Shown here: one piece after another, positions 43,801 through 56,600 of the stretch
Layout of the letters: each line of letters starts with the position of its first letter
Numbering within the stretch: position 1 is the stretch's first letter
Virus record (IMG/VR): IMGVR_UViG_3300003653_000052
Coordinates: 1-64,000 of that record
DNA length: 64,000 bases
Strand: one strand, 5' to 3'
DNA from: a virus
The notes under the pieces: model-generated
What the model was told of the DNA's origin: nothing
The model's database searches: none
What the model saw: the letters and a program-made list of their open reading frames with translations, nothing else
Program-made: the position numbers and the translations under genes

Positions 43801-44102
43801 GACACTTCTTTTTGAAGTGCTTCTATAGATCTTTTAATTGTTTCTATATTGGCCCAGATAACATCTTTTTTAATAGTATCTTTTTCACCTATTAATTCTA
43901 GTTTTCTATTTTTTAATGATAAAATTTGTTTTTGATGAAGTGCTATTAACTTCTCATCTATTTTTTCTTCCTCCTCATAAAGATTAAGAGGATTTTCTTC
44001 AGTTATACCTTCATTAATTACATAAGAAGCTCTCTCTTCAGATACTTTTTCTGAATATTCTTCAAGTTCTTCATGACTTATTGGACAATTAATATCGCTC
44101 AT
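40875..44102 (-). CDS. large virion-associated (cargo-type) protein, 1075 aa, function unknown
   Basis: It is an uninterrupted 3.2-kb ORF and the last gene of the leftward giant-gene block. It has hydrophobic segments near the C-terminus (..YIIYMSLILMTLAALAG..). Confidence 0.8.
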   Translation of the reverse strand: MSDINCPISHEELEEYSEKVSEERASYVINEGITEENPLNLYEEEEKIDEKLIALHQKQILSLKNRKLELIGEKDTIKKDVIWANIETIKRSIEALQKEVSYNNIINVALRDLKEVNSILNKSKFSGRELIFIEATLNRIVILDEAIDKNMLDAEYRKKLQHTRTESLILLEKWKIGQSTNIENQSVEEGIPMTFERMNAAVKDISKTTLLFLGMDTTIIPILRLMDSRFETTRRKTNDAMFIFNKEFDAISAKYKDKDAIKKFLDASGRLITETKGSYFDEEKLMLTKVSTYLESTFKPNTTKSAYNRRMMYNHRDRWYMDRNNYTLTAEGEAIYNARLDSLKERLAMVNEDELLSPDDEAYIRHWENSNSPYLGLAYANTGVQTQGNNFWYRYLNQSPKAEFINPEFNKIKDDDLYKFVVNTITNGMKKIPHRMLVDLNSFDKVLNSILFDFNKEDTTILKRTWEGMGNWMNSTFRKAITQQDISGYSGKATDEKGNPKEKVYPKEIGELQKERRYTNPLDLIKDFYQLATAYEHKSEIEPDIWLLKGLLDKQKAIRVNKGITIHNMGDPSVIEGGLTNAKDLALYNILSELYGKRRLDAESNPPTEKEATQLKIQYRKWEILRAEAIQKGLPIPEEPILYKLSGVKVIDAIIDYTRINLMFLKPLSAIVNLTIGLENNFLHAARKIDFTDKELYQALRILGNSALNYTTLGKIPTSVAKKIKKANEVMGISEESFIEDSQTYTSKIAKFGLTWQTSGEYILASQLLIAKMKYERPAFLNGDNLWDAFDDDFNFNTEKYGELDPLYIKKIKDRVREIRKQTQGDYQSTMGIKSTVSGRVLMMFRTWLPRAIHQRFGAEIEGQFKGRYTTWRDVGQAYTEENGFWKGMGSLAGGTMLTLLTKIANIPGFSQLGMKSLSELCEEKYEKDLKKLGLTDLDIQNMRVNIRELQYIIYMSLILMTLAALAGKEPPDKEMNMTINTLTRLYQDMTFFYSFNSITAITKDPIPLYKTIRDGHKLVGNMWNYLDDPQSDIYKRGRHEGGSKTAQSFYKMVPGLSSYQSTLNTMDQIFSNRH

Positions 44103-44103
44103 A

Positions 44104-44601
44104 TTAACATAGTTTTTTTAGTAATTCATTAAAATCAGATATAGTTCTTGATGTGTTTAATTCTTCTTGTAATAACCCTTTTTCTAATCCTGTAAAACTA
44201 CTCATTATTATACCATTTTTAATACTATCATATGTTTTTTGTAAATTTGGAATAAGAGTAGTTGTTTGTTCTATAATAGTATTAATTTGAGAATCAGGTA
44301 TAAACTTTTCTTGAAATTCATCAACAAATTCTCTATTAACTACAGCAAAATCAGCGGCAAATGTATTTGCACCTTTATGACTATAAACATTAAGAGGACC
44401 AGTATGAGATAATCTTACAACATTAATATCAAAAAATAATCCTGGATTAGTAACTCCATGTTTAGATCTTGCTAAATCAGAATATAGTTGATTTAGAGTA
44501 TTAAATCTAACTAAATCTTCAATCCTGGTTGTACCATTCTTTAATACACCTTTTTTCCAAAGGTCTTTGAATCCTAAATCTATTACACTACACGTTGCCA
44601 T
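44104..44601 (-). CDS. hypothetical protein (165 aa)
   Basis: ORF track. It is separated by 1-3 nt from both giant neighbours. Confidence 0.65.
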   Translation of the reverse strand: MATCSVIDLGFKDLWKKGVLKNGTTRIEDLVRFNTLNQLYSDLARSKHGVTNPGLFFDINVVRLSHTGPLNVYSHKGANTFAADFAVVNREFVDEFQEKFIPDSQINTIIEQTTTLIPNLQKTYDSIKNGIIMSSFTGLEKGLLQEELNTSRTISDFNELLKKLC

Positions 44602-44604
44602 ATT

Positions 44605-47600
44605 TTAACATTTAAAAGGGTCATTACTATTTTCTAAAGTAGCTAGAGTTTTCTTATATACATCTCTAATTGCTTGTTTACCTATTTCAGTGGTATTACT
44701 ACTAGTACCTATACCAGCAAAGTTTTTAGTAAGAATAGGTGTATCTATTTTAATAAAATCATTTTCTTTCCATGTATACCAGCCTATATCATATTTATTT
44801 TTTATTTGATTAAATACATAAACAGGTTTATTTTCATTTATAGCCATTTGAACAGCACCACTAGTACCTCCATTAACTTGAGGTATTAATGCTATTTTAG
44901 TTACAGAACCTCCACTTAATGTTATGTTATCTCCTTTTGCAACTAAACTACCTATTGCAAATATAGCATCTGCATTTTTAACTTGAGCCCAATTTCTTAT
45001 TTTTTTACTATTTCTTGTTGTATGAGTAGGTTCTATTCGTCCCATTTGTCTTTCAGCAAGTGTTATTTTAAGTTGACCTTCTCCTACTTTGTTAGTAGAA
45101 GGTTTACCATTTCTATCTACACTACCTTCAGCAGCAGTTGCTACAGGTCCAACATCTTTTGTAGCATCTATGGGAGTTACTCCTTTATTTTGTAATCTTT
45201 TATCTGATACTGCTCCATCAGAAGGTAATAAATAATGTTTATGATTTATAAACTCAAAATCATTACCTATTAAATCCCATTCTGCATCATATCCTTGTGC
45301 TCCTCCTGAATGATTTATATAATCTTTTATATTATTAATTGTTGCGGTAGATACAGATTGTTCATCTATTTTTAAAAAAGCATCATTAAGAGCTTTGATA
45401 AACCAATTTTTACCTCCTGTTTCCCAAACAGTATTTTGTTTAGTTGGTTGATGAGTAGATGATAATATCCAAGCAGATCCTCCTACTTTATTTATTTCTT
45501 CAACAAGTCTAGGATGTTGTTTTAATTTTTCTTTAATAATTTGAACCATTAAATTATAAGTATTATTAGGCCCATCATCTTTAGTAGCTGTATTTTTAAG
45601 AGCTTGATAAGCAGCTTCAGCATCTTTATAAAATTTACTTTTAAAATCAACAGGATATGAATTTGATATATTACCTTTTGATTTAGCTAATTCAGTTGGA
45701 TTAGTAAGTGCTGCTCCTAATCCTTTAGCATTACTTGATATTTCAATACCATTAATTACTGTTGTTAGAACTGATGTGGTTTTACTTCTATTATTAATCA
45801 TTTCAAGTAATACATCAGCATGAGAAAAATAAGGATATGGTTTATAATAAAGTAATGTTTTACCATCTAAATTTCCAGAATTAATCTCTTTTAATATCCA
45901 ATTTCTTCTTTCTTGTTGAATATCTTGATGAGCAGTACCATTTAACCAATTTCTATAAGCTTCTGTAGCTTCTTTTACAGTAGGTACAATAATTAATCCG
46001 TCAACTAATCTACTAATAACTTTCCCATCTACTACTTTATCTTTTGGTGTACTCCATTGATTACCAAAATAATGAAACTCAGTTGCTTTAGTTAATTTCA
46101 TAATTCCTGCAGGTCTCATTGTCCAAATACCCTTAGCTGCAAAATAAGCTTCTTTAGCTGCTGCATAAGTTGAATAATTAATGACTTTAGCTGCAGGTGT
46201 AGGTACGATAGTAAGTTGAGGTTGTACTTCAAATACTGTATTTCCTTTTACTTTTTTAATTTCAGCATACATTTTATCACCAAATACAACATTTATTGGA
46301 ATTAATCTTCCTCCAAATGCATTGGCTAATTCATTTAAGCTATTTTTGTTTAAATTAGTATCTGAGTTATAGGGTATTATAAATCTTTTGTTTGGGTTAG
46401 CTCTAGCAACGGTATAAAGTTCTTGTATATTAGTTCCAAGTTCTACATAATTTAAAGGTTGTCCTGGTTTTTCAACAGTAATTAGTCCATATCCAGTACC
46501 TTTAGTTCCAACCATTAACCCAGTCTTTCCAGCTATTGCAAAATCACCTACTTTATTGTCAACTACATCTTTACTTAAATTTAGATTCCAGTTTCTATAA
46601 TTATCAGTAGTATTAGCATAAGCTAATGCTGCCATTCCTTGACCATGAAAACCTGCTCTATTTGCACCAAATACCATGACATCATTTTTACCAAACATAT
46701 CTTGAGATAAGTTTCCTGTAAAAGCAACTTTATTGTTAACAGTAGAAACAGGTTCAACATTCTTTTTAGTTAATTTAATATTATCTAATGTTTCAGTTCC
46801 CATAACTTTTCTTAATGTTAATACTGTTCTATAATTATCAGTTTTAACCATTTTATCAGCATGGCCTAATCCTGTAAATGCTTTATTAACAGTTAGTGTT
46901 GGAAATCCTTGAGGCATTGGTAAATCATTAGTTTCTTTATCAAAAACTATTTCATGCATTACATTTCTATTGTTTCCTGAAAATATAAGTATAGCTCCAT
47001 TATTTAAAATATATTCTGATTTAACAGTTCCTTTAAATGATTTAGGTAAAACATCTTTTACATAATCTATAATTTTTGTATCTCCTGTTTTTTCAGCATA
47101 TTTTAAAATATTAGAAGGTGTTATTTGTCCATAAGTAATTTTCTCTTTTAGGTTTTTAGTAACTAAATTTAAAGCAATTCTATATGGAGTTACATTACTA
47201 TCTGTTAAATTAAATTCATTACTGTCTTGTAATTCATAAGTAATAAATTTCATAGGTCTTCCTAATGAAATAGTAATAATTGGAGATTTATTAGTTTCTG
47301 TATTATCTTGATGTATTATTAAACTTCCATTATCTTCTTTATCATATACAGAGTTATAACTTGCTTCATATTCTGAAGCATCAATACCTTTAGTTGCTAA
47401 TAATTGAATGATATTTGAAGGTATATTTGGTAGTATTTTTCCATTTCTATCAATATTAGTATAGCCATATAAAGGAAATCCTCCAATTTGATTCATAGAT
47501 TCTCCTTTAACCCATCTATCTTTCATAGCTTGAGTAATAGATTTACCATTTAATTGTTTACCTACTACAAATCCTTTTTTAGTTTCAATAGACATTGTAT

Positions 47601-50600
47601 CATTTAATCTTACCCATCTGTGCCCAAAATCCCAAGATATTGAACCTTTAGTTTGTTTGTAAGAAGTTTCAGCAATTAAACCTTTAAAGCTATTTACTAA
47701 ATCAATACTTGTTTTTAAATCTATAGCATTTTCAATTATAATTAATCCATCTTCATTTTTAATAATCTTTTCATTAAGCATAGGTTGAGATGTAACAAGT
47801 GTAGTAACTTGTTTAATCATTTGTAAACCTGTTTTAAGATCTACATTAGAAATATATACTTCTCCTGATTCTAAATCTATTAAATCATATGTATCAGTAA
47901 GATTTAATATCCATTTAGCTGATTGAGGAGCTTTCTCACGTTTACTTGTTTGAGGATTATAGAATTCTTTAAATGTTGTTTTAGAAGTGAAAAACTCTTT
48001 AGGTAATTTACCTTCAGATTTAGTTAAATAACTTTTAAAAGCAGCAAGATCTTCAGAATTAATTATTTTTATTGTAATAATAGATTCTGGTAATATATAA
48101 TCAGGGTTTACAAATCCAAATTCTTTAAGTAATCTTTTATTTAAATGTTCTAAAACAAGTTTATCAGTAATATTATGACCATATCCTTTTTCATCAAATA
48201 TTAATGCAATACCTGATATTAAATCAAACACCATATTTTTAACACTTTCATCAATATCATTAATAGAATCTACTTTTATTTTAAAACCAGTATCTAAAAA
48301 ATCATCACCACTAGTAATGAAACGTGCTTTACCTAAATATATATCTGATATTATTTGTTTTTCATTTTCTGCAATATTTACTGTATTGAGAGTATAAATT
48401 CCTTCAATTGCAGTAGGGGTTATTCTATCAAATTCTTTATCACTAGTTATTATGTTTTCTCTAATAATCTCTTCTCCAGCCTTTTTAAGCTCTAAAACAT
48501 CTGTAGTAGAAAGATAGTTAATACCATTAATTCTTTGATTTAATTTTTTATTAGCTACAAGATTGTTTCTTAAAAATAAATTAAAAACAACCTCTAATAT
48601 ATCTTTATTCAAATTATGAGTTATTTTTTCAATAGCATCATTCATTATTAATGATTGAGCAGAACCTACAGGAAATATACTTGGATATGCAAATTGATGT
48701 TTATTCATACCACCTTGTAGAAAAGCATAAATAGAAAACTTTCTAAATAATTCAGATAATCTTTCATTATCTTCTCTGGCTTCTAAAGTATCTCCCATTA
48801 TTTTTTTAACAGAAGAATCAGATAATTTAGCAAGATCATCTGCATATTGTTCAGTGCTCTCTGGAGTTAAATCTCCTGAATCTTTTAAAGTAATATTTAC
48901 AAGACCTGATGCAAACTTATTTTTATTATTTGTATCATTTAAAGTATCTGAATAATAACTTGGTTGTAATTGTTGTATTATACCATATTTTGCTGAAAGA
49001 TTGTGTTTTTCTGAAAGATTATATTTATTAATAAGTGACATTAAAGTAGTAGCATAAGATGCAATACCAGACTGTTGATTATTAAAAAACATTGTTTTAA
49101 TATTATAAGAATTTTCTAAAGCTCTAGTTTTTAGATAATCTTCATAAATTAGTTCAGGAGTTCTTCCATCTTTTTTTTCTAATTTACTTGTAAAATAATA
49201 TGTTTTAGTAAACTCCTCCATAGGAGTAAGTGATCTTAATAATTCACGTTCTATAACAAAATCATAATAAGCTTTAGCACCTGCTAATTTACTTGTATAA
49301 TTATTAGGTAAATAAAATACATCTGAGGTAAGTGTTGATAATCCTTTTTTACGGTAAGATGTATCTCCAATAGCACTTAAAGTATAATCATTGTTTTTAA
49401 ATTCTTTTCTTAATATATTTTCATTAATATAAATAGCATCTGATTTAACTTCAACAGCATTTTTTCCCGTAGTAATATAAATTACAGGAGTACCCTTATA
49501 CATTTTGGATTTTCCTATTGAAAATGATTTAAGATTATTTACAAATAAATAATTCATTAAAGCATTTTTAAATCTTTTTGGAAAAGAATCTTTATCAAAT
49601 CCTGTTCTATCTCTAATAGTATTAATTTTTTTATAATCATTTAGAGTATCATAAATAAATTCATTTAAAAGATTATTATTTCTTAATGTAAACAATCTAC
49701 TGAATAAATCTTGTGCAAGTTCTGTTACTTTAAAAGCACGTATAGCACTTTCGTCAGTGATATACTTTATAATCTTAACCGGCATTTTAGTACTTGCAGT
49801 TACTTCATCAAGTCTTAATTGTCTAGAAAATACATCAAATAAATCCCCAGATTTAGTAGTATCAAAACTTGTTACTTTTCTTGGTTCATCAAAATTTGTA
49901 GCTAATTCTTCAATATATAAATAATGTAAAAAACCATTAATAGCATCTTTATCTTTAATACTATCTGAAAGTTTAGATTTAGCTATCTTTTCTAATTCTT
50001 TTGTAGTAAATATTCTATCTCCATGTTCTTTATTTAAATTTTCAGCAATAGCCACAGTGTCTCTCATATCCATAATGGTACCTGCTTTTTTAACCATTTC
50101 ATATATAGAGGTTCTTGCATTGGCTTTGGCAAATTCAGGACTACTATCTTGTTTCTTTAATCTATTTAACAATCCTTTATTAATCTTCATATTTTTAATA
50201 TATGCTCTTATTATAGGATTATTTACATAATAAATGACATCTTTTATAGGTACTCCTGATTCTAATAAAAATAAGATAATAGGAGTTACCTCTTTATTAC
50301 CTTGTATAAAAGCAATCCAAGCATCTTTTTCAGAATCTACATAACCATTCATTAATTGAGAAATGATTTCTGAAATTTCATGTTCATTATTTGAGTCATA
50401 TAAATTTGATAGAGATATTACTTTACGTTCTATACCATTTTCATCTAATATGATTATTCTATTGTGTTTTAATAATAATTTTGTAGGAACATTAATTATA
50501 ACATCTGTTTTCTTTTGAACACCTTCTTCATCTGGTACCATTCTTTTACTTATAAAAGGTACTTCAAAAGGTATATAAGCTCCAGCACTATTATAAACAA

Positions 50601-53600
50601 TATTACCTTTATTACCCAAAGCCGCAATACCTAATGCTTCTTTACTAACAAAGTTATCTGTGTGTTTCTTAAGATTAAACCCATATTCAAGATTACGTGT
50701 AGGACTTACTCCTTTTAAAGTAGGAGTTCCGTTTTTTCTTTTTGAAGACTTATAATCATAATCCTGAACATGTTTTTCCATATCATATGCTATGGGCTTA
50801 GTTTTATGAGTATCATTAGGAGTTAATAATCTTATGGCATTTTCAGGTAATTCAAGAATACTGATTATATCATTAATCAATGAGTTTTCTATAGCTTTGA
50901 TGAAGTTTCTTCTATGATCTTTTAATGCTGCATATTCTTTATTTAATTTTTTAAGTTCAGGATAATCTTTTAAATAATCTTTTTTTTCATCGTGTTTTTC
51001 ATTTAATGCTGTCTCAATTTCACTAAGTATTTTTGAATTTTCTTTAATATTATTAAATGCTGTAAGCATATCTCCTTTAGATAACATAGTAGGAACAGTT
51101 TTAAAATCATTAATGATTTTTACTATTTCTTTATTATCCCTAGAAGTCATAATTACATTTAACCCAGCATAAACTTTACTTACAGCGTTTTTATTTACAA
51201 TAAATGATTGTATATCACTTATATCTTGAGATAATACATCTTTTATATTAGTTTTTTGTATACCTAATGCTACAATTATCTTTCCCTTATCTGCTTTTTC
51301 TGAATAAAAACTATTTATTAAATCTTTAACTTTATCTCCTACAATACCTTCTTTAGTTAGTATTTTAGTTATTTTACTTTCTATTAGTTTTATTTCATTA
51401 TTTAATTCTTCTCTTGTTGCATATTTATCTGAAAACCATTCTCCTGTTTTACTAATTGTAGGCATATAAGTAGTTAACTTATCTACGTCAAAGTCAGTAC
51501 CAGATTTGGCTACAATTTCAGCAGGTAAGATTATAATATTACCTGCAATTGTGGGTAGAAATTCAGCTATTATAGCAAATTCCATAGAATTATGACCTTG
51601 AACAGGAATACGTACACCAGTTAATCTTAATTTTTTTCTATTATCTCCAATATTTAACCATTCTTCATCTCTAATTAATTGATTGAGTCTAGCTAAACTT
51701 CTATCAGTATTAAGAACATCTATAGTTTTTTTAGGATCTTTAGGATCTATAATTGTATCATATTGAGCAATTTCAATACCTTTAGTATCAAGAAGATTAT
51801 AAAGATTTAAAAAACTTCCTTGCATTGCAATTTTTACTTGACATCCAATTGTGACCTTAATACCATCAATGTCAGCAGTATAAAAATCTAAATCTCCATC
51901 ACCATATTTTTCTAATTCAGCATCAATGTTCTTAAACTTTAATGTACTGGATACAGAAACTTCAACTAAAGGTTCACCATTAACTAGTTGTTTAAGAATT
52001 TTGTTATTAAGAACAGCCATTAATTTCTGTTCAAATTTATCAGCAATAGGAGAACCACTAAGATCTCTCATTAATCCCCCTTGTCCATTATTCTCAATAT
52101 ATTCTAATTCATGTTTTGTTAACCCTTGTTTTTCTAATTCGTCATGTACAAACTGAATTAAACTACTTAAATTATCTTCAGGACCTTCATAATGTCCTGT
52201 TTTAGCATTCCAACTCCATCCAGTAATACTTGTTATTAAATCATGTTTTTTTATCTGAATTAATTTAGAAACTCTATCTTCATATGTTCTTACTAATTTA
52301 AAGAAAGGAGAGATGGCCATTTGTTCAGCTTCTGTTAATGCTTCCCAAGCAAGTGTTCTTTTTACACCAGATATATCTTTTGTTATAAAATCAATTGGAA
52401 TACCATTTTCAATTAATCCAGCAGATAATAAAGTACGTAATTGAGTAGACATAGCGGCATGTCCTTTAAACTCACTATTAATTTCTGTTTGATTTTTTAA
52501 ATAATCAACATAAATTGTATTTTTTGTTAATTGAACATTTGGTTTCATTTTACCAGTTTGTTCATCAAATACATCATCTGCTATTTGTTTATTATTATTT
52601 GTTATAGAAGATAATTTAGAACCAGATGAGTATGTAGCATATTGTACACTCTGTTTCATCATAGTTTCATGTAATTCTTCTAAAGGAGTTCCTTCTATTA
52701 CAGAAGGAATTAATGGAAATAATGCAAATTTATGACCAGATGTTATTGGTAATAACCCGAGTGCTGTTTTAAGATTACCTGCATATTGTAATTTATAAAC
52801 CGGAAAGAATTCAACTATATCTTCTGTTAAGATGGGTTCTTTTCTTACAATTTTTTGATAAATTCTTTCTTGATGATCACTCCAAGATCCTTCTAAGTCT
52901 TTTAATCTTCTATAAGCATCTAATGAAATATAACCTTGACCATCTGTTACAGTAGGATTTTCATAAGGATCCATCATTAAGTCTAATTCTGTAGATAACT
53001 CATTATCTTTTTTACCCTTTTTTATAAGATGTTTTTTAAAAAGTTCTCTTAACTTTTTATTTACATGAGCTCTTGGTGTTTTATAATCTTTAATAATAGC
53101 TGTATTAAAAGTGCCATTAAACAAATCATCAATACCTGTAAGTTGTTTTGTAAGTGCTGTTCCTAATATATTAGCATTATCTCTAGCTGCCCGATCTGTT
53201 GGAAACATAATACCACTTGATTGAAATAAAGAATATCTTTTAGTAGCTTCATCTTTAAAATGGTCATAAGTATGTAATTCACCATTATGTAATAAAGTGA
53301 TTTCATAATTATTTATCCAACTATTATAAGTAAAGGAAGCTAATGCAGCATTATTTAATCTTTCTACATATGCTGGTTCTTTCAATAATGATATATCTCC
53401 TTTTATTGATTTTACAATATTTTCACGTATTCCTGGAGCTGTATAACCATATTGAGATATTAAAACTTCTTTATATTCATTATTTAAAGTAGTAAAATAA
53501 TGTTTTAGTTCTGTTTTAATTTTTCCTAATAATACTTCACCTTTTGTAGTACTATTAAGTAAATCTAATAAAGTTTTATTTTTATTAGCATTATATTTGT

Positions 53601-56600
53601 TTAGTTGTTCTGTAGTTATTCCATTTGGTGCATAAGGATATATTCCATTTTCTAATTCTTTAGCAATATGTAATAGTTCCTTTTTAGTTGTTTCTTCAAG
53701 AACATCATCAAATACTACAAATTTTCCTACAATATCACCTATAAAGTTACCTTTCTTATCTAATTGACTAAATCCTTTATAGTTATCATATACGTCTTTG
53801 TTTTGATTATACTTATAAATTCTTTCTACTTCTGATTGAATATAAGGTAATAATATAGTAAATGCTTTTTCAAATCCTCTATGATTTCCTTCTTCGTCAG
53901 CTATAAATTCATCAGTTCCTACATATAAATGATTAAAACTTTTATTTTTTCCATCATAAGTTTTTATATTACTTAATTTGGTAGCATAATGTGTACTTTT
54001 TCCACCAGTTACAGGATGAATGACTACACCATCTAATAATAACATGTTATAATCACTAATAAATTTATCCATAGTATCCATAGCTGCTTGAGATGACCCT
54101 TCATCTTTGGAGTCATTTCCATTACGAACAATATAAGAGGTACCCGGAACATTTATTATATTTATACTAGTTTTTGTATGTTTACCATCTACTTTTGAAA
54201 ATAATGTATTTAATAATACAGAAGACTTAGCTGATGGATTATTAAAATGACTTAAATATGACATATAAGACCATTGACTATCTTCATTTGAGAAATCTTC
54301 AATATTAGTTGCTTCTTGTAGTGCATATGCATGTTTAGAGACTGTGGATTGTAATGCCATTTCATCTCTCTTTTCTCCATCTGGAGTAATTCTACTTGTA
54401 CTTGAATATTTATCAGAATGATCAGATTCAAGTCTGGCTAATTTATTTATAAAAGCACCGTGTTCTTCAATTTTAGTATTTAAGTAAGTTGTATTATTAT
54501 TACTGTCAATTACTTCTTCTAAACCATGATTTATTTTTGAAAAAAACTCAATAGGATCTATTATTTTAATAATAATTGGTGTTTTATCATCACTTTCTAT
54601 TAAATTTTTATTATTTAATAATCCTATAGCATTTGCTAATACGTTTATACTATTGATAATACTATCATCAATATTTATACTAGATACCGTTTCGGTATTT
54701 AATGTAAGATTAAGACCTATAGCATTTAAAAATTGTATATGATCATCAGTAGTATTTTTAACTGTATATGATATATGTGTTTTCTTATTTTTAATAGTTT
54801 CTTGTCTAATTAAAAACTTTTGTCTAATAGCATCAAGATGTAAATAATTTTCATTTTCAGATGTCTGTAATATATAAGGGCTTTCTTTAGTTTCAGCCAT
54901 CTTAAATTCTGATTGCCAATTAGATTTAACTTTATGAAAATCACCACCAGCTCTACCTGTTGTGGTAGTAACAATTGATGATATTACTTTACCATATTCA
55001 TTAGTTTCAACCTTATTTGTTATAGTATGGGAAATTAATTCTTGTTTTGTTTTACTAAATACTTTTACCATTTTAGACCATAAACGTCTTTGTTCAACAT
55101 TTCCTGAAGTAGGATGACCTAATCTAGCTAGTAATTGTTTAAATAAAATATTATGATTAACAACAGCTTCTTTTTCTATTTTATTATATAAAGTACTCAT
55201 ATAAGGAGTACTATTTAATCTTCTTATTAAAGCATTCTTAGTCATTGTATAATTTACTAGCATTGGAAAACCTAATGAATTTAATTCGTAAATTCCATCA
55301 CTAGTTTGTTGCAATAAGCTTTTGATTACATAAACCACTTGGTTATCAGCATCTTCATATGGATCTTTTGCATTAGGTCCTTTATCACCATAACCTGCTG
55401 AACTATTTTTAAATATATCTGCTGGATTACCATCAATATCTAATTCATCTTCTTTATTTGAAATTCTTAATAAATCATTAAAATCACTATTGATAAGATG
55501 ATATCCTACAACACCACTGTTATTTTCTTTTTGAGAAAAATTATCAACTGAATTTTGTATATTTCCAAAATTAGCTATAGTCCAGGCTAATATTTCAACA
55601 TTATGATCAAGAGTAGCTTTATCATCTGCTGATAATTTTGTGTTTTTTTGCTCCTCTATTAATTCAAGATGTCTTTTTTTTATTCTTCTTTCTACTTCTT
55701 CATAGATCTTTATTTTATTGGCATTAATAGTAAGTCCTCTTATTGTAAATAAAGCTCCATTTTCAGTTATTATTTTAGACATTAAAGCATCAATACTTTC
55801 TTTTACAAGTTTAGTATCAGTATGATTTAATCCATCATTTACATCAGCAATAGTTAACATACCAGCGTTTGCTATAGAGAATGATACATTTTCTACAGAA
55901 GGGGCATAATTATTTATATCTCCTACATAAAGAGCTTTGTACATCTCCTGTACGGATTTTATTGATTGTAAACCACTAACAGCATCTTGAATAGTAACTC
56001 CTTTGAAAATACTATTAATAAATTCCCATATTCTTTTAAATATAGATTTAGTAACTCCTTTTAAATTTTTAGCATCTCCTTTATTTATAGCAAAATCTCT
56101 AAATCCTTCAGCCAAATACTCTTCTAATTCTCTTTTAGTAGCTTTAGAAAATTCTCTATCTACTAATAAGGGTACTACATTTCCATTCTCATCTAATCCT
56201 CTACTGATAACTTTAAAGGTTCCTTTTAATTTAGAAGTTTCTTCATATAATTTATTTTTTTCTTCTTTAGTTAAGAATAGTTGACTAAATCCATGCCATG
56301 CTTCGTGATATATATGAGTGTCATCTGAACCATTAAATAATTTAATACCAGCCACTGACCAAGTAGCAAATGCTGTTGAATTAACTATATTTCTTAGTCT
56401 TTCTAATGAAATTGCCAATTCACCATTAATCTTAATTGTTGATAATGGACTATTAATCCACCATTTATCAGCAATTTTTTGTTGTTCTGGTGTTGTTTTT
56501 CTATCAATTAGTTTATTTAATTCAAGATTTAAAAAATTATTAGGTTCATCTATTATTGTATTTAATTTTGCAGCATTTTCTATTATTTTATCTTCTTCAA

